From NCBI GenBank assembly GCA_002269645.1, contig NIVC01000975.1, forward strand, positions 1-64,000: a stretch of DNA of 64,000 bases, written 5' to 3'. Positions 46,355 to 60,015 of this stretch are shown here, piece after piece. The position numbers and the translations under genes were made by a program. This DNA comes from Macrostomum lignano. Its lineage: Eukaryota. Every line of letters starts with the position of its first letter. Positions within the stretch are counted from its first letter, which is position 1. Below the pieces are notes generated by a model that made no database searches, was not told the origin of the DNA, and saw only the letters and a list, made by a program, of their open reading frames with translations.

Positions 46355-48280
46355 GGCAACGTGGCAGTGGTTCTCCGCTGAGTTGCAGACCACCGCGTCT
46401 CCCTGCTACTTGTATGCAGGCCTCGCAGCTGAGGGCACCACAGCTTTGGCTTTTGTCCTTATGCGCTTCTTTGTCTGGCTTCCGGCCCGGGTTTAATCCA
46501 GCCGCGCGCTCAAGTCAGCTCGCTCTCGCTCCACCGTGCCGGATTAAAGTCGAGGCGCTCCGGGCCTCTCCCGAGCCCTCCCGGTCTGAATAGAAGTCTT
46601 TTGTCTCTCCCTCTAGCTGGCTTTCTCAACCCAAGTGTGATGAGGCTTGAGAGTTTTGCAAACGAAACCTGAATTCTGAGTTGCTGGGTTAGGAGAGACT
46701 TTTCGCGTGCTCCTGCTGTACCTGCCCGCCCTGCCTCCTGGCTCTCGCGTTTCCTCAACGGAACCGGAGCTCTGGCGGCTGCGAGTAAGGAAGGTACAAA
46801 GCTATCGTGGGGGATGTTTTTGTAGGAAAAGCTGCTGGATAGTTGCGGGGAGAAATCTTTTGGCGGAAGGCCTGGGGAACGGCTGAACTTTAGGCAACGG
46901 GGGGGAGGAGGGGAGCCTGAATGGAGGAGACTTCAATCGTCTAAAGCAGGTGGCAAAAAAACTGAGAAAGGACGAGGACGGGGAGCTATTTTGCCTTTTC
47001 CTTCATTGCCAACCTCCTCCCTCAGCATCCAGCCCGGCGGGCTCCAACCGCCTCTCGCGCCTCAGAAAATGGAAGTCTGTTGGCTGCAGGCGCGGACTCC
47101 GGCACTGCACAGCCAGCCCGGCCCGTTCCTCAGCGTGGGAACCAATAGCAGAAGTCCGATGGCACAACTAAGAAGCTTTCCGCGAAACGAATGAAGATCC
47201 ACTGCTGCTTAAGCGGAGCAAAATGTTGAGGGTTGAGAACTGGGAACTGGGAGGGGGACTGGCATGGCCCCTCCGGCCAATTCCATTCTACATGTTCTGC
47301 TTGCGCTTATGGTAGTCCTATCTATCTACCGGTTTGGAAAACTCTTCTCATCGATATGTTGGGCTGGGAAATCTCGGATTTTCTCAAGAGAGATTCTATT
47401 ATTAGATCGTTTGATCCAGGGGGAGGGGAGGGGCCAGTCGCTCTAAAAGGGAGGACCTTTCTTTTCTCATTTTGCTTCTCCTTGTACCAGAGAGGCGGAA
47501 TTTGGGAAATGTCAGCTGTCAAGACTTCGGACTTCCCAGGCCACCCCCTCCGCCCCTTGGGGCTGGTCGGAGTACAAGAAGGTCTGAGGAACAGAGGGAG
47601 GCCGCAACCGGTTATGCATCGATCTAGTTAGAGACGATTTAGTGCGAGACTTTAGAAAAGCGATCTGAACTAAAAAGCTGCTGTCAGAGACAAAGAGTCT
47701 CAACTTCGATTGCCTGCGGCAGAGACCTAAAACTGTTGAACCTCGGTGACTTTCTCTAGCAGTTAAACGTTTTCGTTTCTAAGAATAGTTACCTACCGCC
47801 TGAGTTTTTTTAATTGGCTTAGTTCAAATGCGGTGAATTTCTCTTTAAAACTGACCTCGCGTGTCCTGCAGCCTACCGGGTTCTCTGAACTGATTGACTG
47901 GGAAGAAAAATGGAAAGCCACACAATTTGACAAACGCAGCCTACTGATTTGGCCTTGCGCTGTAGGGCTGATGCTGAAATATGCGACTGCTTGGCACGAG
48001 GCTGCAAGCTGTGAAGCACCTGACCCAAGCTTGGGGTTTTAGCGCGTGTGGGCGTCATCTGTGCAGCGCTATAGAGCGACCTTGATTGCGACTGCTGACT
48101 GTCACGTTTGGCGGGATGAAAAACTGGGATCCATCGTTTGTTCCTGAACACATCCAGTTCGACAAACTTTTCTTAGCGCTAATTGGCAGGTTGCAAGACC
48201 AGTTTGACATTTCTGTTCGGTCGATGAAATCTAGAGGGAAGATTTACATGTAGTCTTGACAACCGAGCGGTGCGAAATTA

Positions 48281-49080
48281 ATGAGTAATCTCAATGAGAT
48301 TCTCAATCTAGATGTCAGGAATTTCATTGAAATTTTCAATTACAAGTGAGATAAATCTCAATGAGATTGTCAATCTATATGCCAGGAATCTCAATGAGAT
48401 TCTTAATCTACGAGCTAGATGAGATGAATCTCAAAGAGATTCTTAATCTAGATGAGACGAATCTCAATGAGATTGTCAATCTAGATGCCAGGAATCTCAA
48501 TGAGAATCTCAATCTAGATGCCAGGAATCTCAGTGAGAATCCCAATCTAGATGAGACGAACTTTAATTTGATTCTCAAACTGGATGCCTGGAATTTTCTT
48601 GAGTTTGTCAATTATAGGTAAGATGAATCGCAATGAGATTCTCAATCTAGATGAGACGAATCTCAATGAGATTGTCAATCTAGATGCCAGGAATCCCAAT
48701 GAGATTCTCAATCTAGATGAGATTAATCTCAGTGAGATTGTCAATCTAGATGCCAGGAATCTCAATGAGATTGTCAATCTAGATGAAATGAACTTCAATT
48801 TGATTCTCAAACTGGATGCCTGGAATTTCTTTGAGATTGTCGATTAATAGGTGAGACGAATCTCAATGAGATTATCAATTATATGTGAAATGAATCTCAA
48901 TGAGATTCTCAATCTAGAGGCCAGGAATCTCAATGAGATTGCCAATCTAGATGAGATGAATCTAAAGAAAAATCAATGAGGTTCGCAGCCTAAATGAGAC
49001 AAATCGAAGGGAATATCAATGAGATTTTCAATGTAGATGCCAAGAATCTCAATGAGACTCTCAATCTAGATTCAAAGAAC
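48281..49080. repeat. ~33-bp degenerate array built around the palindrome AATCTCA-A-TGAGATT
   Basis: Unit approx. GAATCTCAATGAGATT(G/C)TCAATCTAGATG(CCAG/AGAC). Confidence 0.85.
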
Positions 49081-50129
49081 CTCAGTTAAACTGTTGAATG
49101 AAATTTCAGGGATCTTTTAGGGGAGATAAAAACCTTAAAAAAGTGACTCATCAACTCTGTGCTGCTAAGTAAGCTACGAGCCGTATAAAATCGAAGGCTT
49201 AAAAAAACTTGAAAATTTAAGATTTTGTTTAAACTAGGCTCCATGGGCAGAATTATATGCATGTGAATACAGGCATTGATGAGGCTCGCTTACAGCCTTC
49301 CCAGTAATCCCCCATAGGGATAAGAATGGAGGGAGATGGGGGTAGCTCTGGCCATACAGAATCTCACAGGCTAAGGTGGCAGTGACCCCCTTATTGAGCC
49401 AATATAATATCCTCTTGGCGAGTTTCACACCTTTATAATTGGGGGGGGGGGTGTTTTATTGTCCACAGCCAGCCACTTACTTCTTCAAGCAGCTGTGGCA
49501 GTCTGTGTGTGTGAGAGAGAGTGGCGAGAGTGAGAGTGAATGAGAGAGAAGCATTGTTGCCACAGCTTTTGGCAGGCTGAGGCTAGAATGATGAGGGAAG
49601 CTGGCGAGACCGGGGGCTACATCAGGGGATAAGGACTAGATGAGACCTGTGTGTGGGGAGTATTTTGCAAGCTCTAATGATGCGTACAGTGGGATCTCAT
49701 GAGAGAGCAACTCAAGTTGCCGTTTCAGTTGAGAAAGCATCCATGGCGTGAATTTGTTGGGCAGGTGCACTAAGATGCGTCAGGCGCCCCCTCCCAGTCT
49801 TAGGTGAATGAAGGTTCATTAGTTATTCATGAGGACTCTGCATGTACCTAACACCCGATTAAATCTTATGAAGAAGGTTTCCCTTACAAAAATTGTTTAC
49901 AGAGTGCCTACTGGTCTTATACTTATCTACCACTGGCAGAAATTGCCTCTAGAAGTTTGATTGAGTTTTCTGCCGAGAACTGAAAAATCCTTCTCAGAAT
50001 TCTCCTCGTAGTCTCTCTCTCCTCTCCTTCCCTCTCTCCCCCTTCGTCGCCGCTCAATCCGGTTCAGAGCAATCTGATTTTTTGAAAGTTTCTGTCTAAA
50101 TATTTTTCTGTCCAAAGTTCCACATGTGT

Positions 50130-50695
50130 AGAATCTCACCCCTAGACTGGGAGTCTAGAATCTCACGATTAGACTGGGAGTCTAGAATCTCAACCTTAGA
50201 CTGGGAGTCTAGAATCTCAACCTTAGACTGGGAGTCTAGAATCTCACCTTTATACTGGGAGTCTAGAATCTCAACCTTAGACTGGGAGTCTAGAATCTCA
50301 ACCTTAGACTGGGAGTCTAGAATCTCACCCTTAGACTGGGGAGTCTAGAATCTCAACCTTAGACTGGGAGTCTAGAATCTCACCCATAGACTATGAGTCT
50401 AGAATCTCACCCTTAGAAGACTGCGGGTCTAGAATCTCACCCATAGACTATGGATCTAGAATCTCACCCTTAGACTGGGAGTCTAGAATCTCACCCTTAG
50501 AAGATTGGGAGTCTAGAGTCTTACCCTTAGACTGGGAGTCTAGAATCTTACCCTTAGACTGGGAGTCTAGAATCTTACCCTTAGACTGGGAGTCTAGAAT
50601 CTCAACCTTAGACTGGGAGTCTAGAATCTTACCCTTAGACTGGGAGTCTAGAATCTCAACCTTAGACTGGGAGTCTAGAATCTCATCGTTAGATT
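50130..50695. repeat. 27-bp minisatellite, ~20 copies
   Basis: Unit GACTGGGAGTCTAGAATCTCA(C/A)CCTTA. Confidence 0.93.
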
Positions 50696-51348
50696 CGGTA
50701 TGTTATTAGTTGTCCAGAAAGGCACCACTGCAGAAGCTTGAAAATAGACTTCAAAAAGTACATATAGTTAGTCACCTATTGAACACACGCGTCTCAAATT
50801 GAAAGTACACTTTCAAGCTGAAAAGTGGCCATGCCAAAAATAGCACAAAAAGTTTTGAAAGCGTTTAAACTTTCCAAATTGAATCGAAAAATGAGAGCTG
50901 ACTCTGTAACGGGGAAAGAGAGCAATGCTCAACATGTGCTAGCTTTTCACCGCCAACTTTGAGTCAAGTCCTTATAATATGATAGAGTATTCACGATATA
51001 ACAGAATCGAACAGAGACAGAACAAAATGCACGCGATCACGCGACGCAGGCAAAGAGTTCGAGTTGCGCCTCGCGGGACTTCCTAATAAGATCTTGATGA
51101 AAGTTGCTAGAGCCTTGGCTGAAGCACGTATAGCAGCAGATTGAGGCAGCGGCATGACAGGCCCTTCTGTGCATTTCGCGCCCTAATAAGAGCTGGGGTC
51201 CATGAGACAGCAATATCACCCCTGAGGGTCAAAGTCTGATTCAATACCATTGCTCGCTAGAACGTGCCATTGGACTATCAGTGATGCCAAAATTCAATGC
51301 AGCTCAACTGACCGAAAGAGTGCTTGTCGATGCAAAAAAATTCAATAA

Positions 51349-54265
51349 TCACACAGCCAGTAAGAGAGTCACACAGCCAGTAAGAGAGTCACACAGCCAG
51401 TAAGAGAGTCACACAGCCAGTAAGAGAGTCACACAGCCAGTAAGAGAGCCACAAAGCCAGTAAGAGAGTCACACAGCCAGTAAGAGAGGCACAGCCAGTA
51501 AGAAAGTCACACAGTCAGTAAGAGAGTCACACAGCCAGTAAGAGAGTCACACAGCCAGTAAGAGAGTCACACAGCCAGTAAGAGAGTCACACAGCCAGTA
51601 AGAGAGTCACACAGCCAGTAAGAGAGTCACACAGCAAGAAACAGAGTCACACAGCCAGTAAGAAAGTCACACAGGCAGTACGAGAGCCACACAGCCAGTA
51701 AGAGAGTCACACAGCCAGTAAGAGAGTCACACAGCCAGTAAGAGAGTCACACAGCCAGTAAGAGAGTCACACAGCCAGTAAGAGAGTCACACAGCCAGTA
51801 AGAGAGTCACACAGCCAGTAAGAGAGTCACACAGCCAGTAAGAGAGTCACACAGCCAGTAAGAGAGTCACACAGCCAGTAAGAGAGTCACACAGCCAGTA
51901 AGAGAGCCACACAGCCAGTAAGAGAGTCACACAGCCAGTAAGAGAGTCACACAGCCAGTAAAAGAGTCACACAGCCAGTAAGAGAGTCACACAGCCAGTA
52001 AGAGAGTCACACAGCCAGTAAGAGAGTCACACAGCCAGTAAGAGAGTCACACAGCCAGTAAGAGAGTCACACAGCCAGTAAGAGAGTCACACAGCCAGTA
52101 AGAGAGTCACACAGCCAGTAAGAGAGTCACACAGCCAGTAAGAGAGTCACACAGCCAGTAAGAGAGTCACACAGCCAGTAAGAGAGTTACACAGCCAGTA
52201 AGAGAGTCACACAGCCAGTAAGAGAGTCACACAGCCAGTAAGAGAGCCACACAGCCAGTAAGAGAGTCACACAGCCAGTAAGAGAGTCACACAGCCAGTA
52301 AGAGAGTCACACAGCCAGTAAGAGAGTCACACAGCCAGTAAGAGAGTCACACAGCCAGTAAGAGAGTCACACAGCCAGTAAGAGAGTCACACAGCCAGTA
52401 AGAGAGTCACACAGCCAGTAAGAGAGTCACACAGCCAGTAAGAGAGTCACACAGCCAGTAAGAGAGTCACACAGCCAGTAAGAGAGTCACACAGCCAGTA
52501 AGAGAGTCACACAGCAAGAAACAGAGTCACACAGCCAGTAAGAGAGTCACACAGCCAGTAAGAGAGTCACACAGCCAGTAAGAGAGTCACACAGCCAGTA
52601 AGAGAGTCACACAGCCAGTAAGAGAGTCACACAGCAAGAAACAGAGTCACACAGCCAGTAAGAGAGTCACACAGCAAGAAACAGAGCCACACAGCCAGTA
52701 AGAGAGTCACACAGCCAGTAAGAGAGTCACACAGCAAGAAACAGAGTCACACAGCCAGTAAGAAAGTCACACAGGCAGTACGAGAGCCACACAGCCAGTA
52801 AGAGAGTCACACAGCCAGTAAGAGAGTCACACAGCCAGTAAGAGAGTCACACAGCAAGAAACAGAGTCACACAGCCAGTAAGAGAGTCACACAGCAAGAA
52901 ACAGAGCCACACAGCCAGTAAGAGAGTCACACAGCCAGTAAGAGAGTCACACAGCCAGTAAGAGAGTCACAGCCAGTAAGAGAGTCACACAGCAAGAAAC
53001 AGGTCACACAGCCAGTAAGAGAGTCACAGCCAGTAAGAGAGTCACACAGCCAGTAAGAGAGTCACACAGCCAGTAAGAGAGTCACACAGCCAGTAAGAGA
53101 GTCACACAGCCAGTAAGAGAGTCACACAGCCAGTAAGAGAGTCACACAGCCAGTAAGAGAGTCACACAGCCAGTAAGAGAGTCACACAGCCAGTAAGAGA
53201 GTCACACAGCCAGTAAGAGAGTCACACAGCCAGTAAGAGAGTCACACAGCCAGTAAGAGAGTCACACAGCCAGTAAGAGAGTCACACAGCCAGTAAGAGG
53301 GTCACACAGCCAGTAAGAGGGTCACACAGCCAGTAAGAGAGTCACACAGCCAGTAAGAGAGTCACACAGCCAGTAAGAGAGTCACACAGCCAGTAAGAGA
53401 GCCACACAGCCAGTAAGAGAGTCACACAGCCAGTAAGAGAGCCACACATCCAGTAAGAGAGTCACACAGCCAGTAAGAGAGTCACACAGCCAGTAAGAGA
53501 GTCACACAGCCAGTAAGAGAGTCACACAGCCAGTAAGAGAGTCACACAGCAAGAAACAGAGTCACACAGCCAGTAAGAGAGTCACACAGCCAGTAAGAGA
53601 GTCACACAGCCAGTAAGAGAGTCACACAGCAAGAAACAGAGTCACACAGCCAGTAAGAGAGTCACACAGCCAGTAAGAGAGCCACAAAGCCAGTAAGAGA
53701 GTCACACAGGCAGTACGAGAGCCACACAGCCAGTAAGAGAGTCACACAGCCAGTAAGAGAGTCACACAGCCAGTAAGAGAGTCACACAGCCAGTAAGAGA
53801 GGCACAGCCAGTAAGAAAGTCACACAGCCAGTAAGAGAGTCACACAGTCAGTAAGAGAGTCACACAGCCAGTAAGAGAGTCACACAGCAAGAAACAGAGT
53901 CACACAGCCAGTAAGAAAGTCACACAGGCAGTACGAGAGCCACACAGCCAGTAAGAGAGTCACACAGCCAGTAAGAGAGTCACACAGCCAGTAAGAGAGT
54001 CACACAGCCAGTAAGAGAGTCACACAGCCAGTAAGAGAGTCACACAGCAAGAAACAGAGTCACACAGCCAGTAAGAGAGTCACACAGCCAGTAAGAGAGT
54101 CACACAGCCAGTAAGAGAGTCACAGCCAGTAAGAGAGTCACACAGCAAGAAACAGGTCACACAGCCAGTAAGAGAGTCACACAGCCAGTAAGAGAGTCAC
54201 ACAGCCAGTAAGAGAGTCACACAGCCAGTAAGAGAGTCACACAGCCAGTAAGAGAGTCACACAGT
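51349..54265. repeat. 20-bp minisatellite, ~145 copies (2.9 kb)
   Basis: Unit CACACAGCCAGTAAGAGAGT, with recurring variants such as CACACAGCAAGAAACAGAGT. Confidence 0.98.
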
Positions 54266-55377
54266 CCTTACGATAGATATTAACAGACCAACCTTAGCTA
54301 CTTTTAGCTTGTGGAGCTAACTGATTATTATTTTGTAATTTTTTTCCAACAGCGGGTCCGTGTTCGCTATAGTACGGTGCATTTCACATTTCACATTTCA
54401 CATATGCAATAGCTGCCATGACATTGATAATGTAGAGAGCCGTTAGTCATACCGTAATGCCCTACTTAAAGTAATATTCTAATAAAATTAATTTTAACTC
54501 GCACTCTATTTTTAGAATGAGTCATGATGAGTCATGTCTATTTTTAGAAATTCTATTTTTTAGAATGAGTCACGTGCAAACAGAAGTGACTCAGAGCCCT
54601 ACGTAGGACCGACGTTTATTTGATCAAGGAACCGGTTCTCGGGAGTTGTATTCGCTTAATTCCATATATGGAAATGATCAAACATTCATGACCTCTTAAT
54701 CAAACATCCGTGACCTAAGTAAATAGCCGATTTTAAACCAGTTTTTCACCAACGTTTTACCATAAATATAATCGAAAATCCGAGTCAACAATTCAGACTC
54801 GGAGCGGTCTCAAGGAAGACTTTGGAATACGTTAACCAAAGAAGACTCATCTCTGAGAGAAGAAATCCGGATAGATTGGTAAGCGTTTACCCGATTTGGT
54901 TTATTTTTACTAGCGCTAATAAGTTGATTAATTGAGTTTACGAGAGCCACTTATTGTCGACACATTTGAGAAAGGCCTCCTTGTTTCCTAGGATACATTC
55001 CTAGAGGATTATTGAGTTGATTTGAGTTATCCGTTACTTTGTTTATATGATTTTGTTTATACCTAGGCACTTGTTCCCCAGTGTCTAGAAGTGGGAGTTT
55101 TTGAGTGACTGATCACCACTCAGTATAAACTCTTCAATAACAGCAATATTCTTCAATTCCATTGCAAGATCACAACGTTGTCAAGGAATTGTCTAAATCC
55201 TTAAATACGTTTTTAAAAATTACTGATTAAACTGAAAATTAATTAAAAACACCAGCGTCATCCCAATGCATACTCTTAACTCGAAGGCTTTTTCTTAGCT
55301 CCTACTTCAAGTAGTAGATCCACGACACTTGACTAGCGACCCTAATGCTAACTCAAACCCAGAACCCAAATTTAAAA

Positions 55378-55962
55378 CTGAAACCCAAACCCAAAAACAA
55401 ACCCAAATTATTGGCCCAGCCCCAATCCAAACCCCAACCCAAACCCAAACCCCACCCCAAACCCCAACCCAAACCCAAACCCCAACCCAAACCCCAACCC
55501 CAACCCCAACCCCAACCCAAACCCCAACCCAAACCCCAACCCCAACCCCACCCCAAACCCCAACCCAAACCGAAACCCCAACCCAAACCCCAACCCCAAC
55601 CCCAACCCAAACCCAAACCCAAACCCAAACTCGAATCCAAACCCCAAACCCAAACCCCAACCCAAATCCCAACCCAAACCCAAACCCAAACTCGAATCCA
55701 AACCCCAAACCCAAACCCCAACCCAACCCCAACCCAAACCCAAACCCCAACCCAAATCCCTACCCAAACCCAAACTCCAACCCCAACCCCAACCCAAACC
55801 CAAACTCAAACCCAAACCCGAATCCAAACCCCAACCCAAACCCAAACCCAAACCCAAACCCCAACCCCAACCCAAACCCAAACCCAAACCCCAACCCCAA
55901 CCCCAACCCCAACCCCAACCCCAACCCCAACCCTAACCCCAACCCCAACCCCAACCCCAACC
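55378..55962. repeat. Telomere-like hexamer array (AACCCC/AAACCC), left part
   Basis: Degenerate hexamers with a single CCCTAA unit. Confidence 0.9.
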
Positions 55963-56285
55963 CAGGGACTTAAACTAATTATGTTTAATGTTAAAGCTTA
56001 TGTTATTAGCGATGATGCTTGTGCAGAAACCCTAGACATTTCAATAGGGCGTTTGCTATGTTAAATTTCCGTAAAAGGGGGTCCTGTAAAAAAAGCTCAC
56101 TGCTCCTATCAGAATGAAGGTTGACAAATTTGTATCTTGTAGAGGGATAAATTCTGTACAGGATGGCGAAAAACCCAGCTTTCTACGTTCAATATAAGTT
56201 CTAGGGAGCACTAGAAAAAACCAGCCTCCAACTATTTTCTGCAATGATTTGGCCACTTTTCCGTCCCTAGTTTAAGTAGTCCCTG
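55963..56285. mobile_element. 323-bp hAT-like MITE inserted in the hexamer array
   Basis: Left end CAGGGACTTAAACTA; right end TAGTTTAAGTAGTCCCTG (reverse complement CAGGGACTACTTAAACTA). Flanked by CCCCAACC on both sides, though that 8-mer is common in the array. Confidence 0.65.
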
Positions 56286-56908
56286 CCCCAACCCCAACCT
56301 AAATCTAAAACCAAACCCCAACCCCAATCCCAACCCCAACCCCAACCCCAACCCCAACCCCAACCCCAACCCCAACCCCAACCCCAACCCAAACCCAAAC
56401 CCCAACCCCAACCCCAACCCCAACCCCAATCCGAATCCGAACCCGAACCCAAACCCAAACACCAACCCCAACCCCAACCCCTACCCCTACCCCAACCCCA
56501 ATCCCAACCCCAACCCCAACCCCAACCCCAACCCCAACCCAACCCAACCCCAACCCCAACCCCAACCCCAACCCCAACCCCAACCCAACCCCAACCCCAA
56601 CCCCAACCCCAACCCCAACCCCAACCCCAACCCCAACCCAACCCAACCCCAACCCCAACCCCAACCCCAACTCCAACCCCAACCCCAACCCCAACCCCAA
56701 CCCCAACCCAAACCCAAACCCCAACCCCAACCCCAACCCCAACCCCAACCCCAACCCCAATCCGAACCCGAACCCAAACCCAAACACCAACCCCAACCCC
56801 AACCCCAACCCCAACCCCAACCCCAACCCCAACCCCAACCCCAACCCCAACCCCAAACCCAAACCCCAACCCGAACCCCAACCCCAACCCCAACTCAAAC
56901 CTAAACCC
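56286..56908. repeat. Telomere-like hexamer array, right part
   Basis: Mostly pure (AACCCC)n. Confidence 0.92.
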
Positions 56909-57403
56909 AAAGATATTTAAGATTAGAATAACAGGGACAGACTTTGCGCACAACAAACAGATATGCACAGAACTGTTTCGTTCTGTTCTCACAGACAGGC
57001 AGGCTGCGTTCAGAACTGTCTGCATTTTTGCAAACTTCATGCCCGAAGCTCGAATGAGCTCCGCCCCATCCCCCCCTCTCAAGGGCGGGCAGGTGTGGAA
57101 GCTCTGTGCAAATATATTTAATTTCCTCTCCTCGCTTTTTGTGTCCATTTGTGAGACCTCATGACTGCATGCAGATTTAATTAGACATTCGATACTTGTA
57201 TATAAATGCAGTGCGCAGTGTATCTGCCAGTGTAAGATACACAACAGTTTTCTAGTGCGCAAATACATTTATATTGGCCCCAGCCAGTTGGTTTGGTTAC
57301 CTCTTAACAGGACACGTTGATTTCGAAAGCTATAAAGGAATTTCGGTTCGATAACTCACTTACGTTTCAGTAGTCAGTCCGTTTCAGACTTCATGATTTT
57401 TTA

Positions 57404-57890
57404 ACAACAGCAACAACAGCAACAACAGCAACAACAACAGAAACAACAGCAACAACAGCAACAACAGCAACAACAGCAACAACAACAGCAACAACAGCAA
57501 CAACAGCAACAACAGCAACAACAGCAACAACAACAGCAACAACAGCAACAACAGCAACAACAGCAACAACAACAGCAACAACAGCAACAACAGCAACAAC
57601 AGCAACAACAGCAACAACAGCAACAACAGCAACAACAGCAACAACAGCAACAACAACAGAAACAACAGCAACAACAGCAACAACAGCAACAACAGCAACA
57701 ACAGCAACAACAGCAACAACAACAGAAACAACAGCAACAACAGCTACAACAGCTACAACAGCAACAACAGCAACAACAACCGAAACAACTGCAGCAAAAA
57801 CAACAGAAACAACAGCAACAACAACAGAAACAACAACTAACAACAGAAACAACAGCAAAAACAACAGCAACAACAACAGGAACAACAATA
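57404..57890. repeat. (AACAACAGC)n 9-bp / trinucleotide-type repeat
   Basis: Long AAC/AGC array. Confidence 0.93.
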
Positions 57891-57918
57891 ACGGACACAA
57901 GAAAACGGAAACAACATC

Positions 57919-58418
57919 ATGCTCTGCTGTCTTCCACCCAGAACTCGAGACAGCAGTGAAGAGAAACCGGTGAGTACAAAACTCCCAATGAGATTAGGCT
58001 CTCTTGTATACTATGCATACTAAACTATACAATGCAGTGCATCCCACAGTCTCCCGCAGTTCCTAGAAGCTCAGCAGTCAGCGAGGCCCTCGCCGAAGAC
58101 ATGCGGCAGTGGGAGGCAGCTCAGACGCGACTTAATGACTTCCTCCGCCGGCGACGCTCCGCAACCTCGGCGGCTTCTCAGGCTGAGGCCGCTGACGATG
58201 GCGAAGGCGAAGCTCGACGAAATCTGAGGGCAACCGTCTACGCTGACATCGACAAGAAGGCGCTGGACGAGCCGGGCACCGCATCTAGGGGCCGACGCTG
58301 TGCATCAGCTGAGGCCGCTGGCGACCCAGGCGAGGCTGCGACTCTGGCGGTGCGCGGAGACCGAAAATCTGGAGGCGATGTCGTATATGCTGACATTGTT
58401 GGCGTTGTCAGAAACTGA
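57919..58418 (+). CDS. Putative small two-exon gene (57919-57969 + 58050-58418, ~139 aa) with N-terminal MLCC and two VYADI motifs; could be the 3' end of a larger gene
   Basis: Strong donor CCG|GTGAGT, 80-nt intron, phase-0 acceptor CCCACAG|. GC-rich exon flanked by microsatellites. Confidence 0.45.
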
Positions 58419-58645
58419 CTGACTGACTGACTGACTGACTGACTGACTGACTGACTGACTGACTGACTGACTGACTGACTGACTGACTGACTGACTGACT
58501 GACTGACTGACTGACTGACTGACTGACTGACTGACTGACTGACTGACTGACTGACTGACTGACTGACTGACTGACTGACTGACTGACTGACTGACTGACT
58601 GACTGACTGACTGACTGACTGACTGACTGACTGACTGACTGACTG
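58415..58645. repeat. (ACTG)n microsatellite
   Basis: Nearly pure tetranucleotide array starting at the stop codon of the small gene. Confidence 0.97.
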
Positions 58646-59043
58646 ACTGACTGATTGACTGACTTTTTTACACTGACAGTGTGGCCGCTGTCAGTAGGAT
58701 GTACAGCACATTGTACTATAAGTTGTCAGTGCAATTTTAATTTATTCAAATATTGCAATACCTTAAATTTTAAGCCATCTAAATGTATTAATGCATGCAT
58801 CATTGAAGCTGTGTAAACATTCAAGTGAGAATATTAATCTCCTTGTTAGCTTACTTGTATACAATTGCTTTGGCAAATCATAGCGCAAATTACTATTAGT
58901 ATTGAAAATCCTGTTAATTTTAGCAGGCTAAACGAAAGATTATGTATAAACCAATACCATAGCACATCTTAGTTTAAATACACTCGTAATCTTTGGGGTT
59001 AAACTAAAGAACCCCAAGCAACTGAAAAGCAACTTAACAAAAC

Positions 59044-60015
59044 CACCGGTGATTCTAGGACTCTAAATTGCTGGATCTTCCTGATCTTTGATGTAGCTCC
59101 CACCGGTGATTCTAGGACTCTAATTGCTGGATCTTCCTGATCTTTGATGCAGCTCCCACCGGTGATTCTGGGACTCTAATTGATGGATCTTCCTGATCTT
59201 TGATGCAGCTCCCACCGGATATTCTGGGACTCTAATTGATGGATCTTCCTGATCTTTGATGCAGCTCCCACCGGTGATTCTGGGACTCTAATTGATGGAT
59301 CTTCCTGATCTTTGATGCAGCTCCCACCGGTGATTCTGGGACTCTAATTGATGGATCTTCCTGATCTTTGATGCAGCTCCCACCGGATATTCTGGGACTC
59401 TAATTGATGGATCTTCCTGATCTTTGATGCAGCTCCCACCGGTGATTCTGGGACTCTAATTGATGGATCTTCCTGGTCTTTGATGCAGCTCCCACCGGAT
59501 ATTCTGGGACTCTAATTGATGGATCTTCCTGATCTTTGATGCAGCTCCCACCGGTGATTCTGGGACTCTAATTGATGGATCTTCCTGGTCTTTGATGCAG
59601 CTCCCACCGGTGATTCTGGGACTCTAATTGATGGATCTTCCTGGTCTTTGATGCAGCTCCCACCGGTGATTCTGGGACTCTAATTGATGGATCTTCCTGG
59701 TCTTTGATGCAGCTCCCACCGGTGATTCTGGGACTCTAATTGATGGATCTTCCTGGTCTTTGATGCAGCTCCCACCGGATATTCTGGGACTCTAATTGAT
59801 GGATCTTCCTGATCTTTGATGCAGCTCCCACCGGATATTCTGGGACTCTAATTGATGGATCTTCCTGGTCTTTGATGCAGCTCCCACCGGATATTCTGGG
59901 ACTCTAATTGATGGATCTTCCTGGTCTTTGATGCAGCTCCCACCGGTGATTCTGGGACTCTAATTGATGGATCTTCCTGGTCTTTGATGCAGCTCCCACC
60001 GGTGATTCTGGGACC
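59044..60015. repeat. 56-bp minisatellite, ~17 copies
   Basis: Unit CACCGGTGATTCTGGGACTCTAATTGATGGATCTTCCTGATCTTTGATGCAGCTCC; no spacers. Confidence 0.97.

Noticed and set aside
46393-46393. ORF-track starts at 46393 (V1), 13597 (gag-pol), 8100 (kelch) and 34363 (constant exon)
   Set aside because: Non-ATG or in-LTR starts. Better-supported starts are the ATGs at 46354 and 13459; the others are internal exons that begin at splice acceptors.
55378-56908. True telomere or chromosome end
   Set aside because: Internal position with genes on both sides, and almost no TTAGGG units.
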